Positions 39,903 through 48,837 are shown, counted from the stretch's first letter. The stretch: 64,000 bases of DNA from an uncultured virus (IMG/VR IMGVR_UViG_3300034073_002641) (IMGVR_UViG_3300034073_002641:1-64000); one strand, 5' to 3'. Notes: generated by a model not told the origin, from the letters alone. Numbers and translations are program-made.

Positions 39903-40121
39903 ATGAACAAATTTGCTTATGTATTATTGGCATCTATCATTATTTGTGGATGTGAAAAAGATGGTGAAGTTATATCTACCATAAATAGTAGATATATAAA
40001 AACCTATATTATTGATGAATGTGAATATGTGGGAAGTGTAGTAGGGGGTAATAGAGATTTTCTTGCCCATAAAGGGAATTGTAAATTTTGTGCAGAACGC
40101 AACAAAAGAAACTGCCAGTAA
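39903..40121 (+). CDS. small lipoprotein-like protein
   Basis: Signal peptide with Cys; ID.CEY and HKGNCKFC. Confidence 0.6.
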   Translation: MNKFAYVLLASIIICGCEKDGEVISTINSRYIKTYIIDECEYVGSVVGGNRDFLAHKGNCKFCAERNKRNCQ

Positions 40122-40164
40122 GTAGAAATTTAAAATACTGATATTTATAAATAAATCAAAATAG

Positions 40165-40614
40165 GTGATAGATTTGAAGCAAACTATTAAAAGTGTGATA
40201 AGGGGTTATTTGAATGAAAGTATTGAAAATTCAGAAGAACTAATTCAGCAAATAAAAAAATCACTAATAATGGAAACATTAGTAGATGAAGAGGAGTTTA
40301 ATGAGTTATATGATGGTGATTTGGATTTAGCCTGGAAAAGTTTTGTTGATAATCAAGAAAATGGGGATTGCCAGGGTATTGTTTCAACAATTATTTATGA
40401 GTTCAAAACTGTTAAAAAAGTATTTGGTGAGATAGAAGTAGATGAACCTTATATTGATGAATATGGTGATGAACAAACATTAATGACCCATCACTGGATT
40501 ACAATAAATGATAAGATATATGATTTTTCAAAAGGCACATTACGTGATTATATAACTTGGGATGATGTATATGATGTTAATGTGGAAGGTGATGAATGGA
40601 GGTATAAGGATTAA
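40165..40614 (+). CDS. LNE-leader protein with possible Cys-His-Asp (transglutaminase-like) triad
   Basis: GDC...HHWI.I...IYD; TATTTAT at 40142. Confidence 0.55.
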   Translation: MIDLKQTIKSVIRGYLNESIENSEELIQQIKKSLIMETLVDEEEFNELYDGDLDLAWKSFVDNQENGDCQGIVSTIIYEFKTVKKVFGEIEVDEPYIDEYGDEQTLMTHHWITINDKIYDFSKGTLRDYITWDDVYDVNVEGDEWRYKD

Positions 40615-40668
40615 TTTTTTTGGAAATTTAAAATAATTAAACTATCTTTGTATTCTAAACTAATAACT

Positions 40669-41082
40669 ATGAAATATAACATTTATTTGGATGACGTGCG
40701 TACACCTATAACTAGCAATATCAGATGGATTATAGTTAGAAGTTATGATGAATTTGTTTCCAAGATAACTGAACTTGGGTTAGAAAACATTAAACTTATA
40801 TCATTGGATCACGACTTGGGTGATACAGCCATAGAAGAGTGGCATAACAATGTATATCACAATTTCACATTGGACTACAACAACATCACAGAAAAAACTG
40901 GAATGGATTGCACCAAGTGGTTGGTTGAAAAATGGATGGATGGTGCACCAGTATGTGAGGTTAAGGTTCATTCAGCCAATGCAATTGGATCTGCAAATAT
41001 GATGGGTTATATCAACAACTACAAGCATATAACCAGACAACCCCAGGATTGCATAAGGTGGGTTGTCCCACATACTGTTTAA
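40669..41082 (+). CDS. receiver-like (cyclic-phosphate processing) domain protein
   Basis: YLDD.R.P, SLDHDLG, TG.D..KWL, HSAN..G. Confidence 0.7.
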   Translation: MKYNIYLDDVRTPITSNIRWIIVRSYDEFVSKITELGLENIKLISLDHDLGDTAIEEWHNNVYHNFTLDYNNITEKTGMDCTKWLVEKWMDGAPVCEVKVHSANAIGSANMMGYINNYKHITRQPQDCIRWVVPHTV

Positions 41083-41095
41083 ATTAATTAATAAT

Positions 41096-41626
41096 ATGGA
41101 ACTAAGAAAAGTTATAGTAAAAACAATACGTAAATATTTGAATGAAGAACAAGAAGTTGAAAATAACTTAAATAATAATTTTAGGAAGTGGTTTAGTGGT
41201 AGTAAAGTTGCTTATAACGGGAAACCATTACCTGTTTATCACGGTTCATATGAAGAGTTTGATGAATTTATGGGTATTACGTATTTCACTCCTGATTATT
41301 ATAATGCCGAGGGGTATTCTAGGGATGGAATTGTTTATGAAGTTTATTTGAGTATTAAAAGACCATTAATTTTGGATTGTAAAGACAAAAAATGGGATGA
41401 TATTGAGAGTGAATATGGTACTTCCACAAGAGAAGTTGTGGCAAATGTTTATAAAAATAGAAGTAAATATGATGGTGTTATCTTTGTGAATGTAAAAGAT
41501 TCTTGGATTGATGACGAAGATTATCAAGATTCAGATAGTGTTTATGTTACATTTGAACCAAACCAAATTAAATCAGTTGATAATGATGGAACTTGGGATA
41601 TAAATAATAATAACATTTTTTCTTAA
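41096..41626 (+). CDS. LNE-leader protein with ADP-ribosyltransferase-like (ART-PolyVal) domain
   Basis: F..WF..SKV, P..VYHG, YFT, VYL.I..P, YDGVI, F.PNQIKS. Confidence 0.65.
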   Translation: MELRKVIVKTIRKYLNEEQEVENNLNNNFRKWFSGSKVAYNGKPLPVYHGSYEEFDEFMGITYFTPDYYNAEGYSRDGIVYEVYLSIKRPLILDCKDKKWDDIESEYGTSTREVVANVYKNRSKYDGVIFVNVKDSWIDDEDYQDSDSVYVTFEPNQIKSVDNDGTWDINNNNIFS

Positions 41627-41716
41627 ATTTGTCCGCTGTATAAAAAATAAAATAAAAAAGTTTGCATTATCAGAATAATTTTATATCTTTGCACTTCAAT
41701 TATAAAAACAACAAAA

Positions 41717-41980
41717 ATGGTAACTACAAAAGAATTAAACTGGATGTTGAACGCAGCAAAAATTACTAAAGAATATGCTGAATGTGTAGAAAAAAAGTTT
41801 ACTGGTAAATTACCTTATAGAATGGTTATGAATGCTATCTTAAATAATAGCTGGACTAACAAGTCTGAAAACAATAGTTATTGGAGTGTAAGTAATACTG
41901 ATAGTGATAAAATAAATTATTCCATATATTACACAATGAAAACAGGTGTAGTTGAATTTACGGTTCTTGAAGCAAAATAG
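41717..41980 (+). CDS. hypothetical protein
   Basis: ORF after promoter 41661-41691. Confidence 0.55.
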   Translation: MVTTKELNWMLNAAKITKEYAECVEKKFTGKLPYRMVMNAILNNSWTNKSENNSYWSVSNTDSDKINYSIYYTMKTGVVEFTVLEAK

Positions 41981-42013
41981 TTTAAAAGGTTTGAAGATGA
42001 TTCCACATACTGT

Positions 42014-42388
42014 TTAAAATTGGGGACAGAAGTGGTATTTTGATTTTGGTTTTTTATCTTTAACAATGGAATATATTATTAAGGATCCAACCAATGAACC
42101 CAATGCGGTTGCAGCAGCATCACCAACATCAAAATACTTGTTTCCATATACTGATGCATCATAGGATTCTTTTAATAATCCAATACCAGCCCCAGCAAAT
42201 ACGCTTTTTTGAATGATTTCTCCATACCCAATATGTATATTTGGTTTCTTATGGGTTAAAGTTATGGTTGCACCAATGCCAACACCAGCACCAAAGTGTA
42301 ATAGTTTATCCTGGGGAATTTGACCAAATGAATGGCTTGAAATAAAAAGTGAAATTAAAAGTGAAATTAAAAGAAATATTTTCTTCAT
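42014..42388 (-). CDS. secreted/membrane protein with DK.LH...KE..D...D motif (YfiM-like)
   Basis: Signal peptide and motif pattern. Confidence 0.6.
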   Translation of the reverse strand: MKKIFLLISLLISLFISSHSFGQIPQDKLLHFGAGVGIGATITLTHKKPNIHIGYGEIIQKSVFAGAGIGLLKESYDASVYGNKYFDVGDAAATALGSLVGSLIIYSIVKDKKPKSKYHFCPQF

Positions 42389-42568
42389 ATTGTTTGACTT
42401 GTTGATTTATTATAAATATCTTTGTTGAATAAAAAACAACAATATATGAGGAGTAAGATTTTCCAAGAAATATTAGATGAAACACCAAAAGGTGTAAAAA
42501 TCTTTGTAAGGTTTTATGCCAACTTGGTAATCCGCATCAATCAGTTATTGGGTAAAAAAAAATAAATT

Positions 42569-42796
42569 ATGGAAATAGAAGATTATGTAATAACTCATCT
42601 TGGTGAAGGAAAATTCCAGGTAAAAGTGGGAGAGGATGAAGTTAAAGAAGCTGGTTCAAACTTATGTGGTATGGTTAGATATACTTACTTTGAAGATTAT
42701 GCTTTGCCTGAAATTGGATGGGAAGTAACTAGAAAACAGTTAATGCAAGACTATTTACCAAAGATGTTAAAAGATGCTTCAGGTAAATTAAAATAA
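42569..42796 (+). CDS. hypothetical protein
   Basis: 75-aa ORF. Confidence 0.5.
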   Translation: MEIEDYVITHLGEGKFQVKVGEDEVKEAGSNLCGMVRYTYFEDYALPEIGWEVTRKQLMQDYLPKMLKDASGKLK

Positions 42797-42821
42797 ATAT
42801 TAAACCAAAAAAACAATAACC

Positions 42822-43748
42822 ATGAGAAGTAATTCATTATCCAATAAAGGGTTGTCTTTATCGCAAGCACAATCAATCTCCAATCTTTGCAATCAAGAGG
42901 CAAGAGATATTCAGTCAAAGATTGATAGTGTTAATAACTCTCATAAGACCTTAACATTACCAAGTGGGGTATATATTGAGACACAGGGAGTTAAAATGCC
43001 AGAGAACATTGTGGATTTGCTTCAAGAGAAAGCAAGGCTACACGCAACGCAAGCATTCCTAATGGATAATATCCAGGCAAAGGATAAGATGCTTGATGCT
43101 TTAAAAAAGAAATCATTTACCTTTGATGTCCCCCAACCTACATCACCAAATTATGAGGTTATTGATTACAAGGATGAGGTAAATGAAGAGTGGGGTTGGC
43201 AACAATTAACCTCAAGCGAATACAATGAGTATTTGGAGGCAGAAGCCTTTGCTGCCCATTATGGTCAGTTTATCCATAAGGGTGGTAAATTGGATAAATT
43301 AAGAAATGAATTGCCAAAGTTAAAAACTCTGGAATGGATTGAATTAGAGAGGGAGAAGAAAACTCCAATGAATGTTACCATTCATCATACAATTGATGAG
43401 TTGGGTGAGTTGCACAAAAACTTATCTGCTATTCATAGACAATATGAGCAGAAAGTTAATTATTACAAAGCAAAGGTAAAGAACCTGGTTACATTGGAGA
43501 ATGCAAAAATTGCAAATGAGAATGCTGGTTTACAAACTTTGGTTAATGAGGCCAACAACAAGTTGAATATGCAATACTCTATTGCAATTCAAGAATGGCA
43601 GGGTAAGAGAAAGAAAGCCGAACTAGAATTTAATTCCAAAATCCAGGAAGAAACTGGAAGAGTTGCTGCATTAAGAATTATGGTTGATGCAAGATTTAAG
43701 CCAGTTGTTGATCAGTTCTTGGGAACAATTGGTGATAGCAAAGAGTAA
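42822..43748 (+). CDS. alpha-helical/coiled-coil hypothetical protein, directly upstream of a structured RNA
   Basis: 308-aa ORF; GLS.SQA..I.N and E..AA..G.FIH..G motifs. Confidence 0.75.
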   Translation: MRSNSLSNKGLSLSQAQSISNLCNQEARDIQSKIDSVNNSHKTLTLPSGVYIETQGVKMPENIVDLLQEKARLHATQAFLMDNIQAKDKMLDALKKKSFTFDVPQPTSPNYEVIDYKDEVNEEWGWQQLTSSEYNEYLEAEAFAAHYGQFIHKGGKLDKLRNELPKLKTLEWIELEREKKTPMNVTIHHTIDELGELHKNLSAIHRQYEQKVNYYKAKVKNLVTLENAKIANENAGLQTLVNEANNKLNMQYSIAIQEWQGKRKKAELEFNSKIQEETGRVAALRIMVDARFKPVVDQFLGTIGDSKE

Positions 43749-43756
43749 GGGGTAGT

Positions 43757-44045
43757 GTGGGGTGTTTTGCAGGAGTTTAAGCACCCCCACTTTTATGTGG
43801 GAATGGGAGGTATATTAATGACCGGTTAACCGAAAGGTTGACAAAAAACTACAAATGATGAATATCACAACCGCCAACTTACAAACATAAAACTGGGATA
43901 GAACCCAAACATTACATAGGTTGCATTAAATTGTTAATTATGTAATAAAAAGGGTCTTGGTTTTTGTTTTTGCCTTTGAAGTAAGTTGGGTCTTTGATTT
44001 TTATTTTGATTTTGTTTTTGTCTATATAACTTCTCATTTCTGCAA
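43757..44045 (+). ncRNA. putative ~290-nt rod-like structured RNA
   Basis: Nested long-range complementarity (see findings). Confidence 0.55.
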
Positions 44046-44069
44046 CTTGAATTTTTAAAAAACAATAGT

Positions 44070-44258
44070 ATGGCAAAAATTATGGATGTTTCTGAACAAG
44101 TATTTAAAGACGTTAGGTATTTAAATGTAATGCAATTACGTAACAAAGTGCCTCATGGTGTACATGATCAAGTAATTTTTAAAATATGTGATACATTGGA
44201 AAATCAAGTGAATGATAAAATATATATTCAAGTAGTACAAAATACAAAGTTAAATTAG
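44070..44258 (+). CDS. small helical protein resembling the MKNV family
   Basis: V..QV pattern similar to the 57-61 kb array. Confidence 0.45.
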   Translation: MAKIMDVSEQVFKDVRYLNVMQLRNKVPHGVHDQVIFKICDTLENQVNDKIYIQVVQNTKLN

Positions 44259-44309
44259 GTTTTATGAAAACATTGATGTATCTTTGAATTGTCAATAAGG
44301 AATTATGAT

Positions 44310-44389
44310 AGTTATGTGGGCGTAATGCGGAATGGTTTCCAAGTCCATTAAAAACGGTTGCTTATCCGGTTCGAATCCGGCCCTGACTA
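44310..44389 (+). ncRNA. tRNA-like RNA 1 (acceptor and T arm, no anticodon arm)
   Basis: CCGG-TTCGAAT-CCGG then CCTGACT-A; promoter TATCTTTG at 44279. Confidence 0.6.
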
Positions 44390-44479
44390 CAGTTGCAATG
44401 CAGCTAATTGCCTTACCCTGACAGGAACAAAAACCTAGAGGCTTATAAGTGGGTGACAGCTTGGAAAGACAGGCAATTT

Positions 44480-44559
44480 AGTCAGGTGGGCGTAATGCGG
44501 AATGGTTTCCAAGTCCATTAAAAACGGTTGCTTATCCGGTTCGAATCCGGCCCTGACTA
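44480..44559 (+). ncRNA. tRNA-like RNA 2 (75-nt exact duplicate of RNA 1)
   Basis: AGTCAGG/CCTGACT acceptor; 44486-44560 equals 44316-44390. Confidence 0.65.
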
Positions 44560-44621
44560 CGCAAAAAACATAAGATGGAGTTTCCTTGCCTTGTAAGAGA
44601 TGGGTTTTAGAAATCTTAACT

Positions 44622-44743
44622 AGTTAGGTAGCTCAGATGGGTAGAGCAACTGGTGACGACGGTTCGAGTCCGTTCCATATGAAAATATGAGGTGTGTAGG
44701 GTATCAAGCGAGTGTGACGCAGGTTCAATTCCTGCCCTGACTA
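44622..44743 (+). ncRNA. tRNA-like RNA 3 (two T-loop hairpins)
   Basis: AGTTAGG/CCTGACT acceptor, GCTC/GAGC D arm, inner GGTTCGAGTCC and outer GGTTCAATTCC. Confidence 0.6.
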
Positions 44744-44885
44744 CAAACAATTAAAATTATGAAAGAAGATAAAACATGGCTAATATTTCCAATGTTTACT
44801 TATACCAAATGTTCAGATGGTACAAATGAAATAGGTTTTGGGTGGCTAAATAGAACTTATTGGGTTAAATGGTAAAATAAAAATC

Positions 44886-45068
44886 ATGAAAGAATTGAAG
44901 ATTTACGAGTTTCAAGCAAAGCAAATTGAAGATACATTTAGATTGGTTGCAAGATCACTTGATAGTAAAACCAAAACCGCAAGCATTGATAGAGATGTAA
45001 TGCAAAGTTGGGAAATGATTAAAAATGTTCTGTCTGAAAAGATAGACACCCATGTACCACGATTTTAG
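44886..45068 (+). CDS. hypothetical protein
   Basis: 60-aa ORF inside the RNA cluster. Confidence 0.5.
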   Translation: MKELKIYEFQAKQIEDTFRLVARSLDSKTKTASIDRDVMQSWEMIKNVLSEKIDTHVPRF

Positions 45069-45121
45069 CTATTGGCTATAACTAATTACTTGGTAAATAT
45101 TGGTTTTAAAAATATAAATAC

Positions 45122-45234
45122 AGCAAGGTGGCGAAATTGGATAGACGCTTAAGGGTTGGGTGGATGTTGCAACGTAAAACAGAGAAAATAACCTTATAAA
45201 ATCCACCGTGTGAGTTCGAATCTCACTCTTGCTA
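45122..45234 (+). ncRNA. tRNA-like RNA 4 (Leu-type shell with insert)
   Basis: AGCAAGG/TCTTGCT acceptor, GGCGAAATTGGATAGACGC D arm, GTGAG-TTCGAAT-CTCAC. Confidence 0.65.
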
Positions 45235-45301
45235 CAAAAACAAAATAAGTTAAAAATAGATTTGGTTTTCTAAAAATCTTGATGTATCTTTGAGGTATGG
45301 T

Positions 45302-45429
45302 AGCAAGGTGGCGGAATTGGTTAGACGCTAATTAACTTAATTTTAAGTGATGTGAGATGTAGATACAACTGATGCACACTGTTGGAACAGATATAAAACA
45401 TCATACAGGTTCGAATCCTGTCATTGTTA
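45302..45429 (+). ncRNA. tRNA-like RNA 5 (Leu-type shell with insert)
   Basis: Same shell; own promoter at 45261-45292. Confidence 0.65.
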
Positions 45430-45451
45430 CCTTTTTTAAAAAAATAATATT

Positions 45452-45700
45452 ATGATTATAGAAGTAATTTATTTAATATCAGTATTCATCTTAACTTTTT
45501 GGGTAGGATTTTTCATTGGTCAAAATGTATTAATAACTAGAATTAACAAAATTATTGAAGATATGAAACCACAAATGAATCCTTCTGGTAAAGGAAAATG
45601 GGCTTCTTTTTGGGGTGATAAGGTAAAGAAGAATATCAAAAGGATGTTCTCCAAATCAGATCGCCAAAAATGTAAATTAGATATTCAAAAAGATTTATAG
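45452..45700 (+). CDS. small membrane-anchored protein
   Basis: N-terminal transmembrane segment. Confidence 0.5.
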   Translation: MIIEVIYLISVFILTFWVGFFIGQNVLITRINKIIEDMKPQMNPSGKGKWASFWGDKVKKNIKRMFSKSDRQKCKLDIQKDL

Positions 45701-45796
45701 CAAGGTGGTGGAACTGGTTAGACACGCCGAAAGGTAGGTACGGTATGGATCCCGATTAAATAATCCTAAATATAGGTTCGAATCCTATTCTTGTTA
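45699..45796 (+). ncRNA. tRNA-like RNA 6
   Basis: GTG/CAC D stem (compensatory change relative to GCG/CGC); ATAGG-TTCGAAT-CCTAT. Confidence 0.65.
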
Positions 45797-45868
45797 CAAA
45801 GCTGACAACCTAGTGATTGATGTACAAAGCTGGTATATAAGTTGTTGACAGCCTGGAAAGACAAGCAA

Positions 45869-45982
45869 AGCAAGGTGGCGGAATGGTAGACGCAAAACAG
45901 AAATCAGAAGGATGCTGACGTTAAACAAAACTGTTCTGGGCTGTTGAGCCTAGCTTGTAGGTATCAAATCCTGCCCTTGCTT
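45869..45982 (+). ncRNA. tRNA-like RNA 7
   Basis: AGCAAGG/CCTTGCT acceptor, Leu-type D arm, CTGGGC/GCCTAG arm, T-like arm. Confidence 0.6.
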
Positions 45983-46024
45983 TTTTTAAAAAAGTTTGTA
46001 TATTTATTGCTAAAATAAATAAAC

Positions 46025-46438
46025 ATGAAAAGATTTTTTGACAAAGTAATTAAAACAGATTATTGTTGGTTGTGGACTGCCTGTTTGAGGGGTGAAACTG
46101 GCTACGGAGTGTTTAAAATAAATAAAAAAACAGTTGATTCCCATAGAATGTCATATATATTACATTATGGTGAAATTCCAGAAGGATTATATGTCTGTCA
46201 TAAATGCGATAATAGAAAATGCGTTAATCCTGAACATTTATTTTTAGGCACTCCAAAAGATAATTGGCAAGATGGATTTGACAAAGGTAAAATAAAATTG
46301 TTAGGTGGAATTAATATTGAAAAATTAAAAAAACACCCAAGTTTAGGAGCGTATAATAGAGGTTGTAGATGTGATGAATGTAAAAACTTAAAATCTATAC
46401 ACTATAAAAATTGGAAAGATAAAAAACTATTACTCTAA
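46025..46438 (+). CDS. HNH endonuclease (HNH_3-like)
   Basis: CW.WT...GYG, HR.SY, VCHKCDN..CVNP.HL..GT..DN. Confidence 0.9.
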   Translation: MKRFFDKVIKTDYCWLWTACLRGETGYGVFKINKKTVDSHRMSYILHYGEIPEGLYVCHKCDNRKCVNPEHLFLGTPKDNWQDGFDKGKIKLLGGINIEKLKKHPSLGAYNRGCRCDECKNLKSIHYKNWKDKKLLL

Positions 46439-46446
46439 AGATACGT

Positions 46447-46635
46447 TCTGGTTAATCACCAGATAGTATGCCCAATATGAAGAAACAGAGTGATTACTGT
46501 ATGGGCACGTACATTGACGTATAGGGAGAACGTCAGAGGATGTCACCTCGACCTCATCAGGACAAAATGACTATTCCTAACCCCCTTCTGTGGGGGGACA
46601 GCCATAACATCTGTAAGTTGGATAAATTAGGGTGT
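46447..46635 (+). ncRNA. putative multi-hairpin structured RNA
   Basis: At least five short stems in a relatively GC-rich non-coding stretch. Confidence 0.45.
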
Positions 46636-46640
46636 TAATT

Positions 46641-46726
46641 AGTCAGGTGGCGGAATGGTAAACGCTATACTTAAGCAGTTGAAGCTGGGTAATTCAACAA
46701 TATAGGTTCGAATCCTATCCTGACCA
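46641..46726 (+). ncRNA. tRNA-like RNA 8
   Basis: AGTCAGG/CCTGACC acceptor, Leu-type D arm, GTTGAA/TTCAAC hairpin, T arm. Confidence 0.6.
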
Positions 46727-46766
46727 CAAAACTTTTAAAACTTAATATTTATATATAAAATAAAAT

Positions 46767-47318
46767 ATGAAAGATTTGAGAAGAATTATTAAAACCACAA
46801 TTCAAGATTTTTTGAATGAGGATATTGAATTTCTTTTAAATAAAGAAAGTGATGACTATAACCATATTATTAATGACTATGGGGTTAAAGATATAACCAA
46901 AGTACATTCTGATATAGTTAAGTTTTCTAGGGAAGCAATTGAAATATTTAAAAATAAAATAGATTTATTCAAGGATATTAGAATAATATTTGTCAATAAT
47001 ATTGGAGAAGGTGCTTTAGGTAGATTTAGAAGTGGTACAAGTTCATCAATACCAATAGTTATTTTATCAGAAAAGGATATTTTAGAAGGTTCTAAAGAAT
47101 ATAATGTACCATTATGGGTGACAGTTGAAACAACAATATTTCATGAACTTGGACATGCAATATGTGAATTAGAATATGATTTATTTGGTTATGAATATTT
47201 AGAATATGGTGATGAAGAAGAATGGGTTGAAAACTTTGCATATGAATTACATAATTACGGTGATATACCACAAGATTTAGAAACTTTTATTAAAGAATAT
47301 AAACAAAAACATGAATGA
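46767..47318 (+). CDS. LNE-leader protein with HExxH zinc metallopeptidase-like motif
   Basis: TIFHELGH and EE..E; TATTTAT at 46746. Confidence 0.65.
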   Translation: MKDLRRIIKTTIQDFLNEDIEFLLNKESDDYNHIINDYGVKDITKVHSDIVKFSREAIEIFKNKIDLFKDIRIIFVNNIGEGALGRFRSGTSSSIPIVILSEKDILEGSKEYNVPLWVTVETTIFHELGHAICELEYDLFGYEYLEYGDEEEWVENFAYELHNYGDIPQDLETFIKEYKQKHE

Positions 47319-47634
47319 GAAAATAATATGTGCTGCTATTTGGTATAAAAACATTGAACTTAAAAAGGAATTACCAATTGAGGTTTATCTTCCAGCAAAC
47401 CTTGATAGGGGTATTGTTTTTAGTGGCCATAGGCATGGGCAATGTATTTACACAAAATATGCTATTACAGGGTTAAGAGATGCTGAAAGTGGTGAAAATG
47501 AACAAGGGTTTTTGACATCAAAAAATAGGTTTGTTAGCCGTGAAGAGGGGCTTCAAATTGCATTACAAGAAAACCAGGTAATTGATTTATCCCAAATTAG
47601 GGGCAACAGATTGTTTTCAGAAGACTTATATTAA
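47311..47634 (+). CDS. hypothetical phage protein (ICAAI...G.RH...QGFLTS.NRFV.R.E...LFSEDLY)
   Basis: Motif pattern typical of phage accessory proteins. Confidence 0.65.
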   Translation: MNEKIICAAIWYKNIELKKELPIEVYLPANLDRGIVFSGHRHGQCIYTKYAITGLRDAESGENEQGFLTSKNRFVSREEGLQIALQENQVIDLSQIRGNRLFSEDLY

Positions 47635-48032
47635 AACAAAAATTATGAAAATATTAGACATTAAATTAGAAACAGAAAACGGATCCACTTCCTTGGGGTT
47701 TAGCCAAATTTTAGTGGATTATATCACTAAAAATCAAAAATGGGATTATGTGTTTGATTGCATTATGAATGGTAAAAAAGTAGATAAATCTACCTGGGAT
47801 TATTAAAAGTATTTTACTATCTTTGAGGTCTAAACAAGAATAAAATGATTACAGAACCCAATGAAATTTATGTTGAAGCACCAGTAGTGACCATTGATAA
47901 ATCAAATGGTTCAGAGGAAATCCTTGTTGTTCATACCTATATCAATCATGATAGGGGTAAGATGTTTCTAACCAAGGCTGAAGCTGGGTTATTATTACTT
48001 GAACTTTATAAATTCATTAAAAACTAAATAAG

Positions 48033-48269
48033 ATGGCAAAAGCAATATTGGAATTTAATCTACCAGAGGATATGGAGCAATTTATGTTGGCTGCAAAAGG
48101 TAGGGACATAATGATGACTTTATATGAACTGGATCAACACTTGAGGTCAGAGACAAAGTATGCACCAGACACAATGAGCCAGGAGGTACATGATGCTTTG
48201 GTTCAAGTTAGGACAACCTTACATGAATTGATGGATAGTAATAATGTATCATTTGATTTAATTAGTTAA
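48033..48269 (+). CDS. hypothetical protein (MAKAILEFNLPED)
   Basis: 78-aa ORF. Confidence 0.55.
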   Translation: MAKAILEFNLPEDMEQFMLAAKGRDIMMTLYELDQHLRSETKYAPDTMSQEVHDALVQVRTTLHELMDSNNVSFDLIS

Positions 48270-48296
48270 TGGATATATTTATTGTAAAAGAACTAT

Positions 48297-48779
48297 ATGA
48301 AATTACAAGAAAATATTGATAGGTTAAAACAACTTATTCAATCCAGACCAACAAATTTGGTTGAGGACAGTAAAGTTATGGCAAATAGTGCAGAGTTTAT
48401 TGAAAATGTAAGTGAACACCTAAAAAATCTGGGCATCCAGTTTTCTATTGAAAATGAACAACCAAATGTGGTTCTTTTTGAGTTATATACAATGGATGTG
48501 GCATCTTATATTCAAATTGAACATAATAGTGGTAAATTTAGTGCCTTTCTATATATCACATTAGATGATGATGAAACATTGTATGATGTTGATTGGGAAG
48601 AGGGGGGTTATACCAGCATAGAAGAAGAGATTGATAACTTAATTGATGAGGTAAACAAATTAGGTGAAGTTGTTTCAGAAGTTAGTGGTAAATTAAGAGA
48701 AATCATTAAAATATGTGATGAAAATGATATAAATCATGAGAAATTCATTGCCATTCATTACAAAATGAAAAAGTTTTAA
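48297..48779 (+). CDS. acidic hypothetical protein with LQE/LVE leader
   Basis: TATTTAT at 48276. Confidence 0.55.
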   Translation: MKLQENIDRLKQLIQSRPTNLVEDSKVMANSAEFIENVSEHLKNLGIQFSIENEQPNVVLFELYTMDVASYIQIEHNSGKFSAFLYITLDDDETLYDVDWEEGGYTSIEEEIDNLIDEVNKLGEVVSEVSGKLREIIKICDENDINHEKFIAIHYKMKKF

Positions 48780-48837
48780 ATAGATTTGCATTTACCAGTT
48801 TTTAGGTTTATCTTTGCTTTATCAAAAAAACAAAAAC

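Noticed and set aside
42446..42565. 39-aa ORF MRSKIFQEILDETP after a promoter
   Set aside because: It is plausibly a real small gene or a truncated regulator, but too short to support a call.
43934..44146. 70-aa minus-strand Q/K/N-rich ORF
   Set aside because: It is the low-complexity mirror of the T-rich RNA strand and overlaps a + strand ORF.
45122..46726. Calling the shell RNAs tRNA-Leu or tmRNA
   Set aside because: They have no anticodon stem-loop, lack the G3:U70 Ala-type acceptor, and are too short for tmRNA.
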